Below, piece after piece: positions 18,801 to 26,729 of a stretch of DNA of 64,000 bases; the stretch's first letter is position 1; each line of letters opens with the position of its first letter. Source of the DNA: Thermoplasmatota archaeon (GTDB taxonomy: Archaea; Thermoplasmatota; Penumbrarchaeia; Penumbrarchaeales; Penumbrarchaeaceae); NCBI GenBank assembly GCA_029762535.1, contig JARVGK010000001.1:1-64000 (forward strand), given 5' to 3'. A program made the translations under genes and the position numbers. The notes below the pieces were generated by a model that saw nothing but the letters and a program-made list of their open reading frames with translations, made no database searches and was not told the origin of the DNA.

Positions 18801-19359
18801 CGATTATGGGTACCAGAACGACATCGTTCGAATACCTCCAGTTCGAAAGAGCTATCGAGCTTGAAACGGCGAAGGGGTCATCGCCGTCCATATGGACCGT
18901 TTCGGAGGCCTTCCATGAACTCCCGATATCCCCGGGAGTGTTCCCTCCGAAACCAATTAGCTCTATGCGGTCAAGCTCCCCGTCGGAGACGGTTTGCAGA
19001 TCGTCCATGAAATATTTCAATCCGGGATGGGTGTTATGGGTCCTCTCCTCGTCAGAGGTGTCCATTTGGGGCTCGTAGAAGAGCACTGGATTGGCGAAGG
19101 TCCTATCATGCGATCCGCTGTTGAACACGGAAGAGGGTACGGACGCGATGAAGGCGAGATCGTCGCCTATTCCCCCGCGGTCCATATTGATCAACGTCGC
19201 TTTGTCCAATGGCACCGTGGGCGAGTAGGATATCCCTCTGCTCCCCTGGGGAAGGACATCAGCTCCGGACGCTCCCTGGAGTTGGAACTGGGATATGAAC
19301 ATAAGCATTAGAATGGATGCTGCAAGGATCAGTTTCATAGTTGAAGAACGGGATCGCAT
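15880..19359 (-). CDS. Large membrane-anchored surface protein with C-terminal clan CD (C25 gingipain-like) peptidase domain
   Basis: Signal peptide; cell-wall-binding-2-like 'AVLASQLNAPLLY'; two PPC-like sandwiches; 'MHGGH' and 'GGSCLIA' His/Cys dyad; 'GYSVGEAY', 'YYGDPD'; C-terminal TM and basic tail. Confidence 0.7.
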   Translation of the reverse strand: MRSRSSTMKLILAASILMLMFISQFQLQGASGADVLPQGSRGISYSPTVPLDKATLINMDRGGIGDDLAFIASVPSSVFNSGSHDRTFANPVLFYEPQMDTSDEERTHNTHPGLKYFMDDLQTVSDGELDRIELIGFGGNTPGDIGSSWKASETVHMDGDDPFAVSSSIALSNWRYSNDVVLVPIIEGPTSIEVPFAGTLNGSTPDASPVSGSLSGSKEPSPVDPNFHPFEVPPDFKFITSQLTWGQSWNPLSSISERGKDPDLQLYSDELGQVGASEKWNVLEGASEEIDSYLYNPGGWQFAVTYMPTENSLVHMEDPEGWGAIPPALETNDKQKEDWRRERVRSVMDDRLSKGLDPEAPFDSTVVYTIDYTLYPGIDLPMPVKTPFYCRDAVFTLEWTEGDQALGLILRGPEGAEIAVARAQTDSTRQVMEIPELGEGDYKLSVINMASNSRSTPFTIRYEFKQMKEAKEAHSWAGAANGAVLASQLNAPLLYCKPDSLPRSVGDAINTLGVRKAYIVDPGRLSGKGVLKDIDSLRGFVMPEIKVERIDSYDRLYSEIQDRSSLPGFPSMDIVFSTMSPWTSWNVLLGRDASGNPGEEVPGALFVGPAALSGAFHGAPVLLVEAHPELSCAQAWHNEFWRYAYHHNRAPPSVACMILTGREIYSVLDSYGLDIKTPLDEEGKCKESIITVADQFDIGSSWDRALVGAANSGRIMGTPADAAMWVSRSGLYDKLIFANPTVEHDLDEHNGMRIQGSSSTRVGGKLVITEEETETEERFAVVQSWVSYQYKFNEQASEYWGTPYTTRTGITPYFDSSSATDPDGIDPGGVYPDLDSSEIVPHYLDHLGYGQAFSTTFEKTTENLNRGAIMWLEVMHGGHTNSGVVGWWDERNAVEENPWRGYEEMGVPFAGTNLMRLRGATDDPDVVTMSKHIGLDVTPGFGPQTELGIIPERHDGVVIAIAQQGQTEYSENGLVMDEAFENLHSMGFSGGSCLIANTYLHLMMVRHGSVFQVIDPWLTSWYSAFAMNMFLRDLYYGYSVGEAYERGISHVGIEYLVDGWWWDIFENLVYYGDPDIHIYSPKHAWDEPESLPKGTAVGGHAPFGADDHPRAMGKGLIWDIALFLVMAGIVSAGVYLYMRTRTKMPSFVRQKRKDADDSA

Positions 19360-19510
19360 TTAGACACCGGACCTTCGCACTGGTCGAACCAACGCGGATG
19401 AGGGCCAGGTAAGAAAGCCGAGTAAAAAAACATTCCCTATATCAACACTGATTATTCCCAAAGTGAAAGGAGAATATCGATGGCGATCCCCATGTTATGG
19501 ACGTCCGGCA

Positions 19511-19897
19511 TCATTTACCATTGGGATCCCTGTACTCGAGCCTCATCAAACCCAACTTGAGCATGGTCTCCAGCAGTCCGCCCACCACCTTGTCCACCGG
19601 CTCCACCCTCTCGCCGAACGACTTCTGCTCTGCCAGATATATCGATAGGAGGTCGTGATCCCCGTCGGACAACCTCCAGAGCATGGTGCCTACATCGTCC
19701 AGGGGTCTGCGTATTTCAGTGGGTCCTCCCAATAGAGAATGGAGCCTTCTCTCGAGGGCGCTGAAATCCTTCGGGTAGATCAGAACGATGATCCCCTTCC
19801 TCTCGACCCATCTGACGTTCTGTCGAATGGGGTAGATGCCCCTGGGGTCCGGCCCCCTCCTCTTACCCGAGTCCAATGCCTTCCCTTCGTCCCCCAT
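19511..19897 (-). CDS. PqqD-family (RRE-like) protein
   Basis: 'LDDVGTMLWRLSDGDHDLLSIY..FGE..VGGLLETMLKLGLM'; RBS GAGGTG. Confidence 0.8.
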   Translation of the reverse strand: MGDEGKALDSGKRRGPDPRGIYPIRQNVRWVERKGIIVLIYPKDFSALERRLHSLLGGPTEIRRPLDDVGTMLWRLSDGDHDLLSIYLAEQKSFGERVEPVDKVVGGLLETMLKLGLMRLEYRDPNGK

Positions 19898-19906
19898 CTT
19901 TGCACC

Positions 19907-20083
19907 TCACAGGTCCGACCATACTATGGCCATCAGGGCAAGGAAGCTGAAAAGCCCCAAAGCGGCGAACAGGAGGAAGAGCTTTCTGCTCTTCCATGCG
20001 TATTTGGAGAGCCAGGTGAGGGGTATGGAAGCGATGAAGAAGATCAATAGAGCGATGTAAGCTATCCGGGAAATATCGGCCAT
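19907..20083 (-). CDS. Small two-TM membrane protein (58 aa, below ORF-track cutoff)
   Basis: Hand translation MADISRIAYIALLIFFIASIPLTWLSKYAWKSRKLFLLFAALGLFSFLALMAIVWSDL*. Its stop overlaps the RBS of the PqqD gene; AT-rich TATA-like box upstream. Confidence 0.65.
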   Translation of the reverse strand: MADISRIAYIALLIFFIASIPLTWLSKYAWKSRKLFLLFAALGLFSFLALMAIVWSDL

Positions 20084-20145
20084 CAGGGTCGAATAGGCGC
20101 TTTGGGATATGTTTTTAACTATCGTGGTCTCGAACGATGTTCTGG

Positions 20146-20204
20146 GAAAAGAATATATACAACGAACATATTACAAATAGATACATTACAACCTTAAGTT
20201 GTAA
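20146..20204 (+). promoter_or_regulatory. Promoter and putative operator of the hsp20-grpE/dnaK/dnaJ operon
   Basis: BRE/TATA-like GAAAAG-AATATATA; ATTACAA at 20170-20176 and 20185-20191; perfect inverted repeat TTACAAC-N5-GTTGTAA at 20186-20204. Confidence 0.6.
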
Positions 20205-20209
20205 ACGAG

Positions 20210-21100
20210 ATGATGGCTATGCTCTCTGAGGAAAAGGCAAGGGAACCGATGGCGGAGATCGAGGAGATCCCCGACGGGGCAAGGATAGTCGTCGAGCTGC
20301 CAGGTGTGTCCCAGGACGGTATAAAGATGGAGATCCAGGGTAAGTTCCTGAAGATCGATGCCGAGGGGACAAGGGGGCCTTTCAGCACCATGCAGGCGCT
20401 GGATTTCGATCCCGACCCGGACAGGATGTCCGTAACGTTCTCACAGGGCGTTCTGGAAATACTGCTTCCCAGAAAGGGTGCCCAGATCACTGAACGGCCT
20501 GACATGTGCGAGAACGCCCCTGAGGACGAGGACTCGGTCACGCTTCGTTCTTTACAGGAGACCCTCGACAGCGTCAATCAAAAGCTCGAGACGATGTCTA
20601 AGGAGCGTGACCAGCTGCTTGAGAGGGTATCCATCCTCCAGAAGGATTTTGCCAACCTCAGGAAAAGGCACGACGAGGAGAAGAACGTCATCGCCGATAG
20701 GAGGATACAGGAGATCGCCCTGTCGCTGATCGAAGTGCTCGATAACTTCGAAAGGGCCAGGGGTACCATGCAGGATTCAGGTAAATGCAAACCGGGAATG
20801 GAGCCCTTCCTGAAAGGGGTTGGAATGATAGAGTCCAGGATAAACTCGGTGTTCTCGGGTCTGGGGATCGAGAGGATCGATTCAGTTGGAGAACCGTTCG
20901 ACCACAATCTGCACATGGCGGTGGACAGCGTTCATCTTCCTGACAGGAAGGATATGGAGATCGTTGAGGAGAAGCTGTCCGGATACCTTTACAGGGGCCA
21001 GGTCCTGCGCCCGTCCCATGTCGTCGTTAACAGGGAGGACCGGCCCGAGAAGAAGGACGGTAGTAAGCAGAGGAAAGTAAAGAGGATAAAAGTGGAGTAA
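20210..21100 (+). CDS. grpE: Hsp20 (alpha-crystallin domain)-GrpE fusion protein
   Basis: aa ~11-88 '[31 protein letters not shown]'; C-terminal GrpE 'KDFANLRKR', '[11 protein letters not shown]', '[12 protein letters not shown]', '[16 protein letters not shown]'; directly upstream of dnaK. Confidence 0.9.
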   Translation: MMAMLSEEKAREPMAEIEEIPDGARIVVELPGVSQDGIKMEIQGKFLKIDAEGTRGPFSTMQALDFDPDPDRMSVTFSQGVLEILLPRKGAQITERPDMCENAPEDEDSVTLRSLQETLDSVNQKLETMSKERDQLLERVSILQKDFANLRKRHDEEKNVIADRRIQEIALSLIEVLDNFERARGTMQDSGKCKPGMEPFLKGVGMIESRINSVFSGLGIERIDSVGEPFDHNLHMAVDSVHLPDRKDMEIVEEKLSGYLYRGQVLRPSHVVVNREDRPEKKDGSKQRKVKRIKVE

Positions 21101-21132
21101 AGGAGAAAACGTTCAAGCAAGGAGGAAGGAAA

Positions 21133-22989
21133 ATGGGAAAGGTCATAGGTATAGATCTAGGGACCACGAACTCCGTGGTCGCGATAATGGAAGGCGGGCA
21201 GCCGACCGTCATTCTGAACAGGGAAGGCTCCAGGCTGACACCGTCGGTCGTTGGAATAACGAAGAAGGGTGAGAGGCTCGTGGGCGAGTTGGCCAAAAGG
21301 CAGGCCGTCGCGAACCCCGATAATACGGTGGCGTCCATAAAAAGGGATATGGGGTCCAAGAAAAAGGTGAAGATCGGGGGGCAGAATTATACGCCCCAGG
21401 AGATCTCAGCCTTCATACTCCAGAAGCTCAAGGAGGATGCCGAGGCCCATCTCGGGGAGAAGATCACGGAGGCGGTAATAACCGTACCCGCATATTTCGA
21501 GGATGCCCAGAGGCAGGCCACGAAGGACGCCGGCAAGATCGCGGGCCTCGAGGTCAAGAGGATCATAAACGAGCCGACGGCCGCCGCCCTGGCATACGGC
21601 CTTGACAGGGAGGACGACCTCAAGATACTCGTTTTCGATCTGGGCGGAGGCACGTTCGATGTGTCCATACTGCAGATCGGCGGTGGCGTGTTCCAGGTCA
21701 AGTCCACCTCTGGAAACAACCATCTTGGGGGTGACGATTTCGACCGGAGGGTGATGGAGTGGATCGCATCGGAGTTCAAGAAGGAGCACGGCGTCGATCT
21801 GCTCAAGGACAAGCAGGCGACCCAGAGGTTGAAGGACGCCGCCGAGAAGGCGAAGATCGAGCTTTCGGGAACTCCCACGACCCAGATAAGCATCCCATTC
21901 ATATCGCAGGGGGATGACGGTCCGCTACATGCCGATATGGAGCTTACCCGGGCGAAGTTCGAATCGCTCATAGTGGACCTCGTCGAGAGGACCCTGGGAC
22001 CAGTTAACCAGGCCTTGAAGGATGCGAAACTAAAACCCGAGGAGATAGATAAGGTCCTTCTTGTCGGGGGCTCCACCAGGGTTCCCCTTGTCCAGAAGAA
22101 GGTGAACGAGATCCTCAAGAAGGAGCCCACGAAGAGCATAAACCCCGACGAATGCGTCGCAATAGGCGCAGCTATACAGGCCGGCGTCATGTCGGGGGAG
22201 GTCGGCAAGGACATGGTCCTTCTCGACGTGACCCCCTTATCGCTCGGGATCGAGACTCTCGGAAGTGTTATGACGAAGATCATCAACAGGAACACCACCA
22301 TACCCACCAAGAAATCGAAGATCTTCTCCACGGCATCGGACAATCAGCCCCAGGTAGAGATACACGTACTTCAGGGAGAAAGGCCGATGGCATCTGACAA
22401 CAAGACCTTGGGTTTGTTCACTTTGGCAGGCATACCTCCCGCCCCCAGGGGGATCCCGCAGATAGAGGTGACCTTCGAGATCGATGTCAACGGCATAGTC
22501 CACGTAACGGCCAAGGACCTGGCCACCGGACGAAGCCAGGACATCGTGGTGTCCGGGACGGGCGCCCTATCCGATACCGATGTGAACCGCATGATAGAGG
22601 ATGCGGAGAAGTTCGCCGAGGAGGACCGAAAGAAGCAGGAGCTGTCCGAGGCGAGGAACGGGGCCAACACCCTGATATACTCTGTGGAGAGGGCCCTCAG
22701 GGACTACAAGGACAAGGTCCAGGCGGACGAGGCGGAGGGTATCGATGACCTTCTCAAGAAATGCGAGGAGGCCGCCCAGGGAGAGGACATCGATGATATC
22801 AAGACGAGGACCGAAGAGCTTTCCGAAGCATCCCAGAAGCTGTTCTCCAAGATGTACCAGGAAGCCTCCAGGTCCCACCAGCCTCCTCCAGGCGAAGGCG
22901 GCGAGACGATGGGCGAAGAGCCTCCCGAAGGGAAAACCAAAGCCCCTGATGAGGAAGAGGTTATAGACGTCGAGGCCGAGGACGCCTGA
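21133..22989 (+). CDS. dnaK: Chaperone DnaK (Hsp70)
   Basis: '[10 protein letters not shown]', '[12 protein letters not shown]', '[10 protein letters not shown]', '[13 protein letters not shown]'. Confidence 0.99.
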   Translation: MGKVIGIDLGTTNSVVAIMEGGQPTVILNREGSRLTPSVVGITKKGERLVGELAKRQAVANPDNTVASIKRDMGSKKKVKIGGQNYTPQEISAFILQKLKEDAEAHLGEKITEAVITVPAYFEDAQRQATKDAGKIAGLEVKRIINEPTAAALAYGLDREDDLKILVFDLGGGTFDVSILQIGGGVFQVKSTSGNNHLGGDDFDRRVMEWIASEFKKEHGVDLLKDKQATQRLKDAAEKAKIELSGTPTTQISIPFISQGDDGPLHADMELTRAKFESLIVDLVERTLGPVNQALKDAKLKPEEIDKVLLVGGSTRVPLVQKKVNEILKKEPTKSINPDECVAIGAAIQAGVMSGEVGKDMVLLDVTPLSLGIETLGSVMTKIINRNTTIPTKKSKIFSTASDNQPQVEIHVLQGERPMASDNKTLGLFTLAGIPPAPRGIPQIEVTFEIDVNGIVHVTAKDLATGRSQDIVVSGTGALSDTDVNRMIEDAEKFAEEDRKKQELSEARNGANTLIYSVERALRDYKDKVQADEAEGIDDLLKKCEEAAQGEDIDDIKTRTEELSEASQKLFSKMYQEASRSHQPPPGEGGETMGEEPPEGKTKAPDEEEVIDVEAEDA

Positions 22990-23041
22990 ACTACCATTTA
23001 CGACCCTTGGCCTTTTGGAGCGGTATCGGAAGTGATGCGGG

Positions 23042-24154
23042 ATGAAAAAGGACTATTACGGGATCCTGAACCTCGGAAAGGAGGCCACCAAGGAGGAGGT
23101 CGAGAAGGCATACAGGACCCTTGCCCTAAAGTACCATCCCGACAGGAATCCGGACGATCCCTCCGCGGCCGAAAAGTTCAGGGAGGTGACGGAGGCCTAT
23201 GAGGTCCTATCTGACCCGGATAAGAGGGCCCAATACGATCAGTATGGATTCGCTTCAGACGATCAGGAGATGCCCTTCCAGTATCACCATGTGAACCTGG
23301 ACGATGCCCTCAGGATGTTCATGAACTCCTTCGGGTCGGGCTTCGGGTCGTTCTTCGGCGGAGGGGACCCGTTCGGTGAAACCGCTTTCTCCCGAAGGGG
23401 TCCGGAACATGGCGAGCATAGGGCGGTCACCTTGAAGATCACCCTCGATGAGGCCGACCATGGTGTGGAGAAGGAGATAGAGTTCACGCATCTGATCACC
23501 TGCACCGATTGCTCCGGGTCAGGGTCCAAAGGCGGCAAGCCACCACTGGAATGCCCGGAATGCGGCGGGTCAGGGTCCAAGAGGTCCGTCCGACGCCTTG
23601 GCCCCGTACAATATGTCACCACCACGGCCTGTATGAGATGTGGCGGAGAGGGGTCGATAATATCCGACCCATGTACGAGATGCAGGGGCAGGGGCATGGT
23701 GCGCGAGACGGCTCGGAAATCCGTATCCGTCCCGCCCGGAGTGGATTCCGGCAACAGGCTTCGGATCAGCGGGATGGGCGATGCAGGCGAGAGGAATGCC
23801 CCGTCCGGGGACCTTTTCCTCCTGATCGACGTTCAGGCCCACCGATTCTTCGAGAGGAAAGGGGATGACCTATACTGTGAAATTACCGTCAGCTATCCTC
23901 AAGCGGTCCTGGGGTCCACGGTCAAGATCAGGACCTTGGAAGGGACCGTTGAGATGAAGGTCCCCTCGGGCTGCGCGCCCAACACCGTCCTGAGGCTCAA
24001 AGGTAAGGGGATGCCGAACATCAGGACCCCGTCCCGCCGAGGGGATCTCTACGTCAAGGTCAAGGTCGAGGTCCCGAAACGTCCGTCCATTAAGGAGAGA
24101 TCGCTCATCAAGAAGCTGATGGATGCCCAGGGGCAGAGAAAAGAGTTCGGTTGA
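23042..24154 (+). CDS. dnaJ: Chaperone DnaJ
   Basis: J-domain HPD, G/F-rich region, four CxxCxGxG repeats. Confidence 0.98.
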   Translation: MKKDYYGILNLGKEATKEEVEKAYRTLALKYHPDRNPDDPSAAEKFREVTEAYEVLSDPDKRAQYDQYGFASDDQEMPFQYHHVNLDDALRMFMNSFGSGFGSFFGGGDPFGETAFSRRGPEHGEHRAVTLKITLDEADHGVEKEIEFTHLITCTDCSGSGSKGGKPPLECPECGGSGSKRSVRRLGPVQYVTTTACMRCGGEGSIISDPCTRCRGRGMVRETARKSVSVPPGVDSGNRLRISGMGDAGERNAPSGDLFLLIDVQAHRFFERKGDDLYCEITVSYPQAVLGSTVKIRTLEGTVEMKVPSGCAPNTVLRLKGKGMPNIRTPSRRGDLYVKVKVEVPKRPSIKERSLIKKLMDAQGQRKEFG

Positions 24155-24163
24155 GGTTCCTTA

Positions 24164-24838
24164 TCAAGGCATCGATGATACGTATTCCAGCAGGATACCC
24201 CCGCCCGGGGGTTGAACGACCGATCTTAAATGAAGTCGAAGGGGAGCCCCCTCGAAACCGATCCCTCCGGTAATGGTGGGCCCTCTGCCGCCCATTACGA
24301 TCGGGGCCATGAACACTGAGAACATATCGAACGATCCAGAGCGAAGGATATTGAATATGGTGTCCGAGCCCCCTTCGACCAAGACCCCCGAGATCCCATC
24401 CTCCAGAAGGCAAGACCAGCAGCGGTCGATGTCTATATCGGGTCCCCCCTCAAGGACCATAACCTTCATATCGAGGCTTTCTTCCAGTCTCCTGAAGTTC
24501 CCGAGCCATACGGCATCCGCCGCCTCGGTCGTCACTACGATGGACCTACCATTGGTGCGAAGGGATTTGGAGGCAGGGTCGATCCGCCCCCTTCCGTCCA
24601 TGACGATCTTGCATATATCCCGTGAAACCCCCGCATAGGAGGGGTTGACAGTTAGCTTCGGGTCGTCCGCGGAGACAGTACCCGCCCCGACGAGGACCGC
24701 CCCCAACGATGCCCTCAAACGGTGTACCCTTCGGCGGTCCCAAATCGTCGAAATGTCTAGCGGCGACCCGTCTGGAGCAGCTATCTTCCCGTCAGCCGTT
24801 GCGGCGCAGTTGATGTGAACGAAAGGCCTGTCCTTCAA
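24164..24838 (-). CDS. RibD C-terminal-type pyrimidine reductase (2,5-diamino-6-ribosylamino-4(3H)-pyrimidinone 5'-phosphate reductase-like)
   Basis: 'RPFVHINCAATADGKIA', 'VHRLRA', 'VGAGTVSADDPKLTV', 'VLVEGG'. Start uncertain (TTG 24838 or ATG 24871). Confidence 0.85.
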   Translation of the reverse strand: MKDRPFVHINCAATADGKIAAPDGSPLDISTIWDRRRVHRLRASLGAVLVGAGTVSADDPKLTVNPSYAGVSRDICKIVMDGRGRIDPASKSLRTNGRSIVVTTEAADAVWLGNFRRLEESLDMKVMVLEGGPDIDIDRCWSCLLEDGISGVLVEGGSDTIFNILRSGSFDMFSVFMAPIVMGGRGPTITGGIGFEGAPLRLHLRSVVQPPGGGILLEYVSSMP

Positions 24839-24925
24839 GTGGGATCCGCCCCGTGAGACGCTCCATGTCATTCAATCGACAAGATTAAAATGTTTGTGCA
24901 GGTTAGACCACAGGCCGATCGGGGA

Positions 24926-25795
24926 ATGGAAATGGATGATATCAGGATACATGAATACAGGAGGCTCGACCTCCGGGATGCATACGTGATAGACGGATTC
25001 CCGAGCGTCGGGCTTGTAAGCACGATCAGCGCCAGCTACATAGTGGCAGCTCTCGATATGGAATTGATAGGGATCATGGATTCCGTCTTTTTTCCGACGG
25101 TCTCCGTTGTAAGGAACGGAGAGCCCCATCATCCGGTCAGATTCTATGCCGGGGACATAGAGGGGCCCGACGGGGGTTGGACGAGGATCGTTGTGTTCCT
25201 CTCGGAGTTCCAGCCGCCGTCCAACCTGATCAAGATAATATGCAACACGATGCTGGATTGGGCCCAGGAGCAGAAATGCACATGCCTGATCTCACCGGAG
25301 GGCCTCGTGGTCGAAGGGGAGGAGACGCTTTCGAACGTTTCAATAAGGACAAAGGACGGCGATCTCGTTGGCGCACCCGAGGATGATGATGACGAGGGAA
25401 CCGAAGAGGTACCGAAGGATAGCCCTCCCGCCCAGGAAAAGCAGGTGTTCGGCCTATCATCAACATCCAAAGGAAAGGACCGGTTGAAGAAGGCCGAGAT
25501 ACCGGTCTTTCCCGAGGGAATAATATCAGGGATCCCCGGGGTCCTTCTGAACGAGGGAAAGAAGCGGGGATACGAGGTTAACTGTCTCCTGGCGGAGGCG
25601 AAGGACAACATACCCGATGCCCGGGCCGCGGCCAAGGTCATCGAGTCCCTAAAGAGGATAATTCCCTATTTTGAGGTTGACATAACGCCCCTTTATGCGG
25701 AGGCGGACCTCCTCGAGGCCAAGATGCAGGGGTATCAGAAGGTCTCCAAACCCGGAGGCAAGAGAACGCCACCCACGCCTTCCATGTATGGCTGA
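24926..25795 (+). CDS. PAC2-family proteasome assembly chaperone
   Basis: 'IDGFPSVGLVSTI', 'PVRFYA', 'GIISGIPGVLL', 'PDARAAA', C-terminal MYG; internal acidic insertion. Confidence 0.9.
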   Translation: MEMDDIRIHEYRRLDLRDAYVIDGFPSVGLVSTISASYIVAALDMELIGIMDSVFFPTVSVVRNGEPHHPVRFYAGDIEGPDGGWTRIVVFLSEFQPPSNLIKIICNTMLDWAQEQKCTCLISPEGLVVEGEETLSNVSIRTKDGDLVGAPEDDDDEGTEEVPKDSPPAQEKQVFGLSSTSKGKDRLKKAEIPVFPEGIISGIPGVLLNEGKKRGYEVNCLLAEAKDNIPDARAAAKVIESLKRIIPYFEVDITPLYAEADLLEAKMQGYQKVSKPGGKRTPPTPSMYG

Positions 25796-25800
25796 TGATC

Positions 25801-26550
25801 TCACTTGTCCGCTGCAGCGGTTTTGACCGGAGCCTTTACCGGCCTCTTCTTAATGGGCCTTTTCGGCGCCACTACTGTGGAGGCTTCGTTCACCTCGATG
25901 GCCTCGACGACCCTGGCAGGGTATTTCCTCTCGTATCTGGACGCCATTTCCTCGACCAGTTTGGCGATCAGGTCCTGATTGCCATACCAACGGGTGTTCA
26001 GTGTCTTGATTGTCCCTCGGGCGTTGTGACGGTAAAAAGCCTCGGTCATGAGGGAGAAGAAGAGCCTGGTCGCACCTCTCGCATCCAATCTGTCAAGCGG
26101 CAGCCCCGATATGATATAGCGTTCGCCCAGATCGCGGCTCAACCTTGATAGGAAAACGATGTCGATATAATCGAGTTCTGGCGATATTTGAACTCCGTCC
26201 ATCGCCTGTTCGAGCCTCTGCTGGAGCCCGATCTCGCGCATCGCCCAGATCGAATCCAACAGCAACCTGGGCGAGATGCCGTAATGGTCCACGGTTTCGG
26301 TTCCGCTAACATTATCGCCGGCGTGGGGGTCGGCCGATCTCAATTCGCCTATGAACTTCTGGAAATGGTTTCGGTTGAAGGGGGCGCTTCGGTCGATCAT
26401 GAACAGAAGCGATGCCCCTAGGTTCGTCCTCAAAGCCTCCTCGATGAACGGATAAAGCATTTTCGAGGCCGGGATGCCCGTCAATCTCGATGCCAGTGCG
26501 ATCGATCCCTTCTCCTTGTCACCCAGCCTGATCGTCAAGAGCCCTTTCAT
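25801..26550 (-). CDS. Hypothetical protein with N-terminal ribbon-helix-helix (CopG/RelB-like) DNA-binding motif
   Basis: 'MKGLLTIRLGDKEKGSIALASRLTGIPASKMLYPFIEEAL' fits strand-helix-G-x-x-x-S-helix; remainder unrecognised; basic low-complexity tail. Confidence 0.6.
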   Translation of the reverse strand: MKGLLTIRLGDKEKGSIALASRLTGIPASKMLYPFIEEALRTNLGASLLFMIDRSAPFNRNHFQKFIGELRSADPHAGDNVSGTETVDHYGISPRLLLDSIWAMREIGLQQRLEQAMDGVQISPELDYIDIVFLSRLSRDLGERYIISGLPLDRLDARGATRLFFSLMTEAFYRHNARGTIKTLNTRWYGNQDLIAKLVEEMASRYERKYPARVVEAIEVNEASTVVAPKRPIKKRPVKAPVKTAAADK

Positions 26551-26601
26551 ATGACCGCCTCATGGGATGTCGAGCATGTTTTCCAATGGAACTCAATTAT
26601 G

Positions 26602-26635
26602 ATTACATATGTAATACAACATGTTATAATTTTTG
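26602..26635 (-). promoter_or_regulatory. Putative operator/promoter of the RHH gene
   Basis: Perfect 14-bp palindrome ATTACATATGTAAT (26602-26615), TACAAC (26615-26620), AACATGTT; minus-strand AAAAATTATAA box just upstream. Confidence 0.55.
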
Positions 26636-26729
26636 TTGCGAATAATCAAAATATTTTTTATAATATGCTAGAAATATATTGGCCAAGATTTATATAACAA
26701 TCATAGGCTGTCCCTGCAGAGGTAATACC

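Noticed and set aside
20146-20209. CIRCE or HAIR element before grpE-dnaK
   Set aside because: The inverted repeat matches neither TTAGCACTC-N9-GAGTGCTAA nor CTTGAGT-N7-ACTCAAG.
21387-22343. 318-aa ORF antisense to dnaK
   Set aside because: Long antisense frames opposite hsp70 genes are a known codon-bias artefact; no independent RBS or motif.
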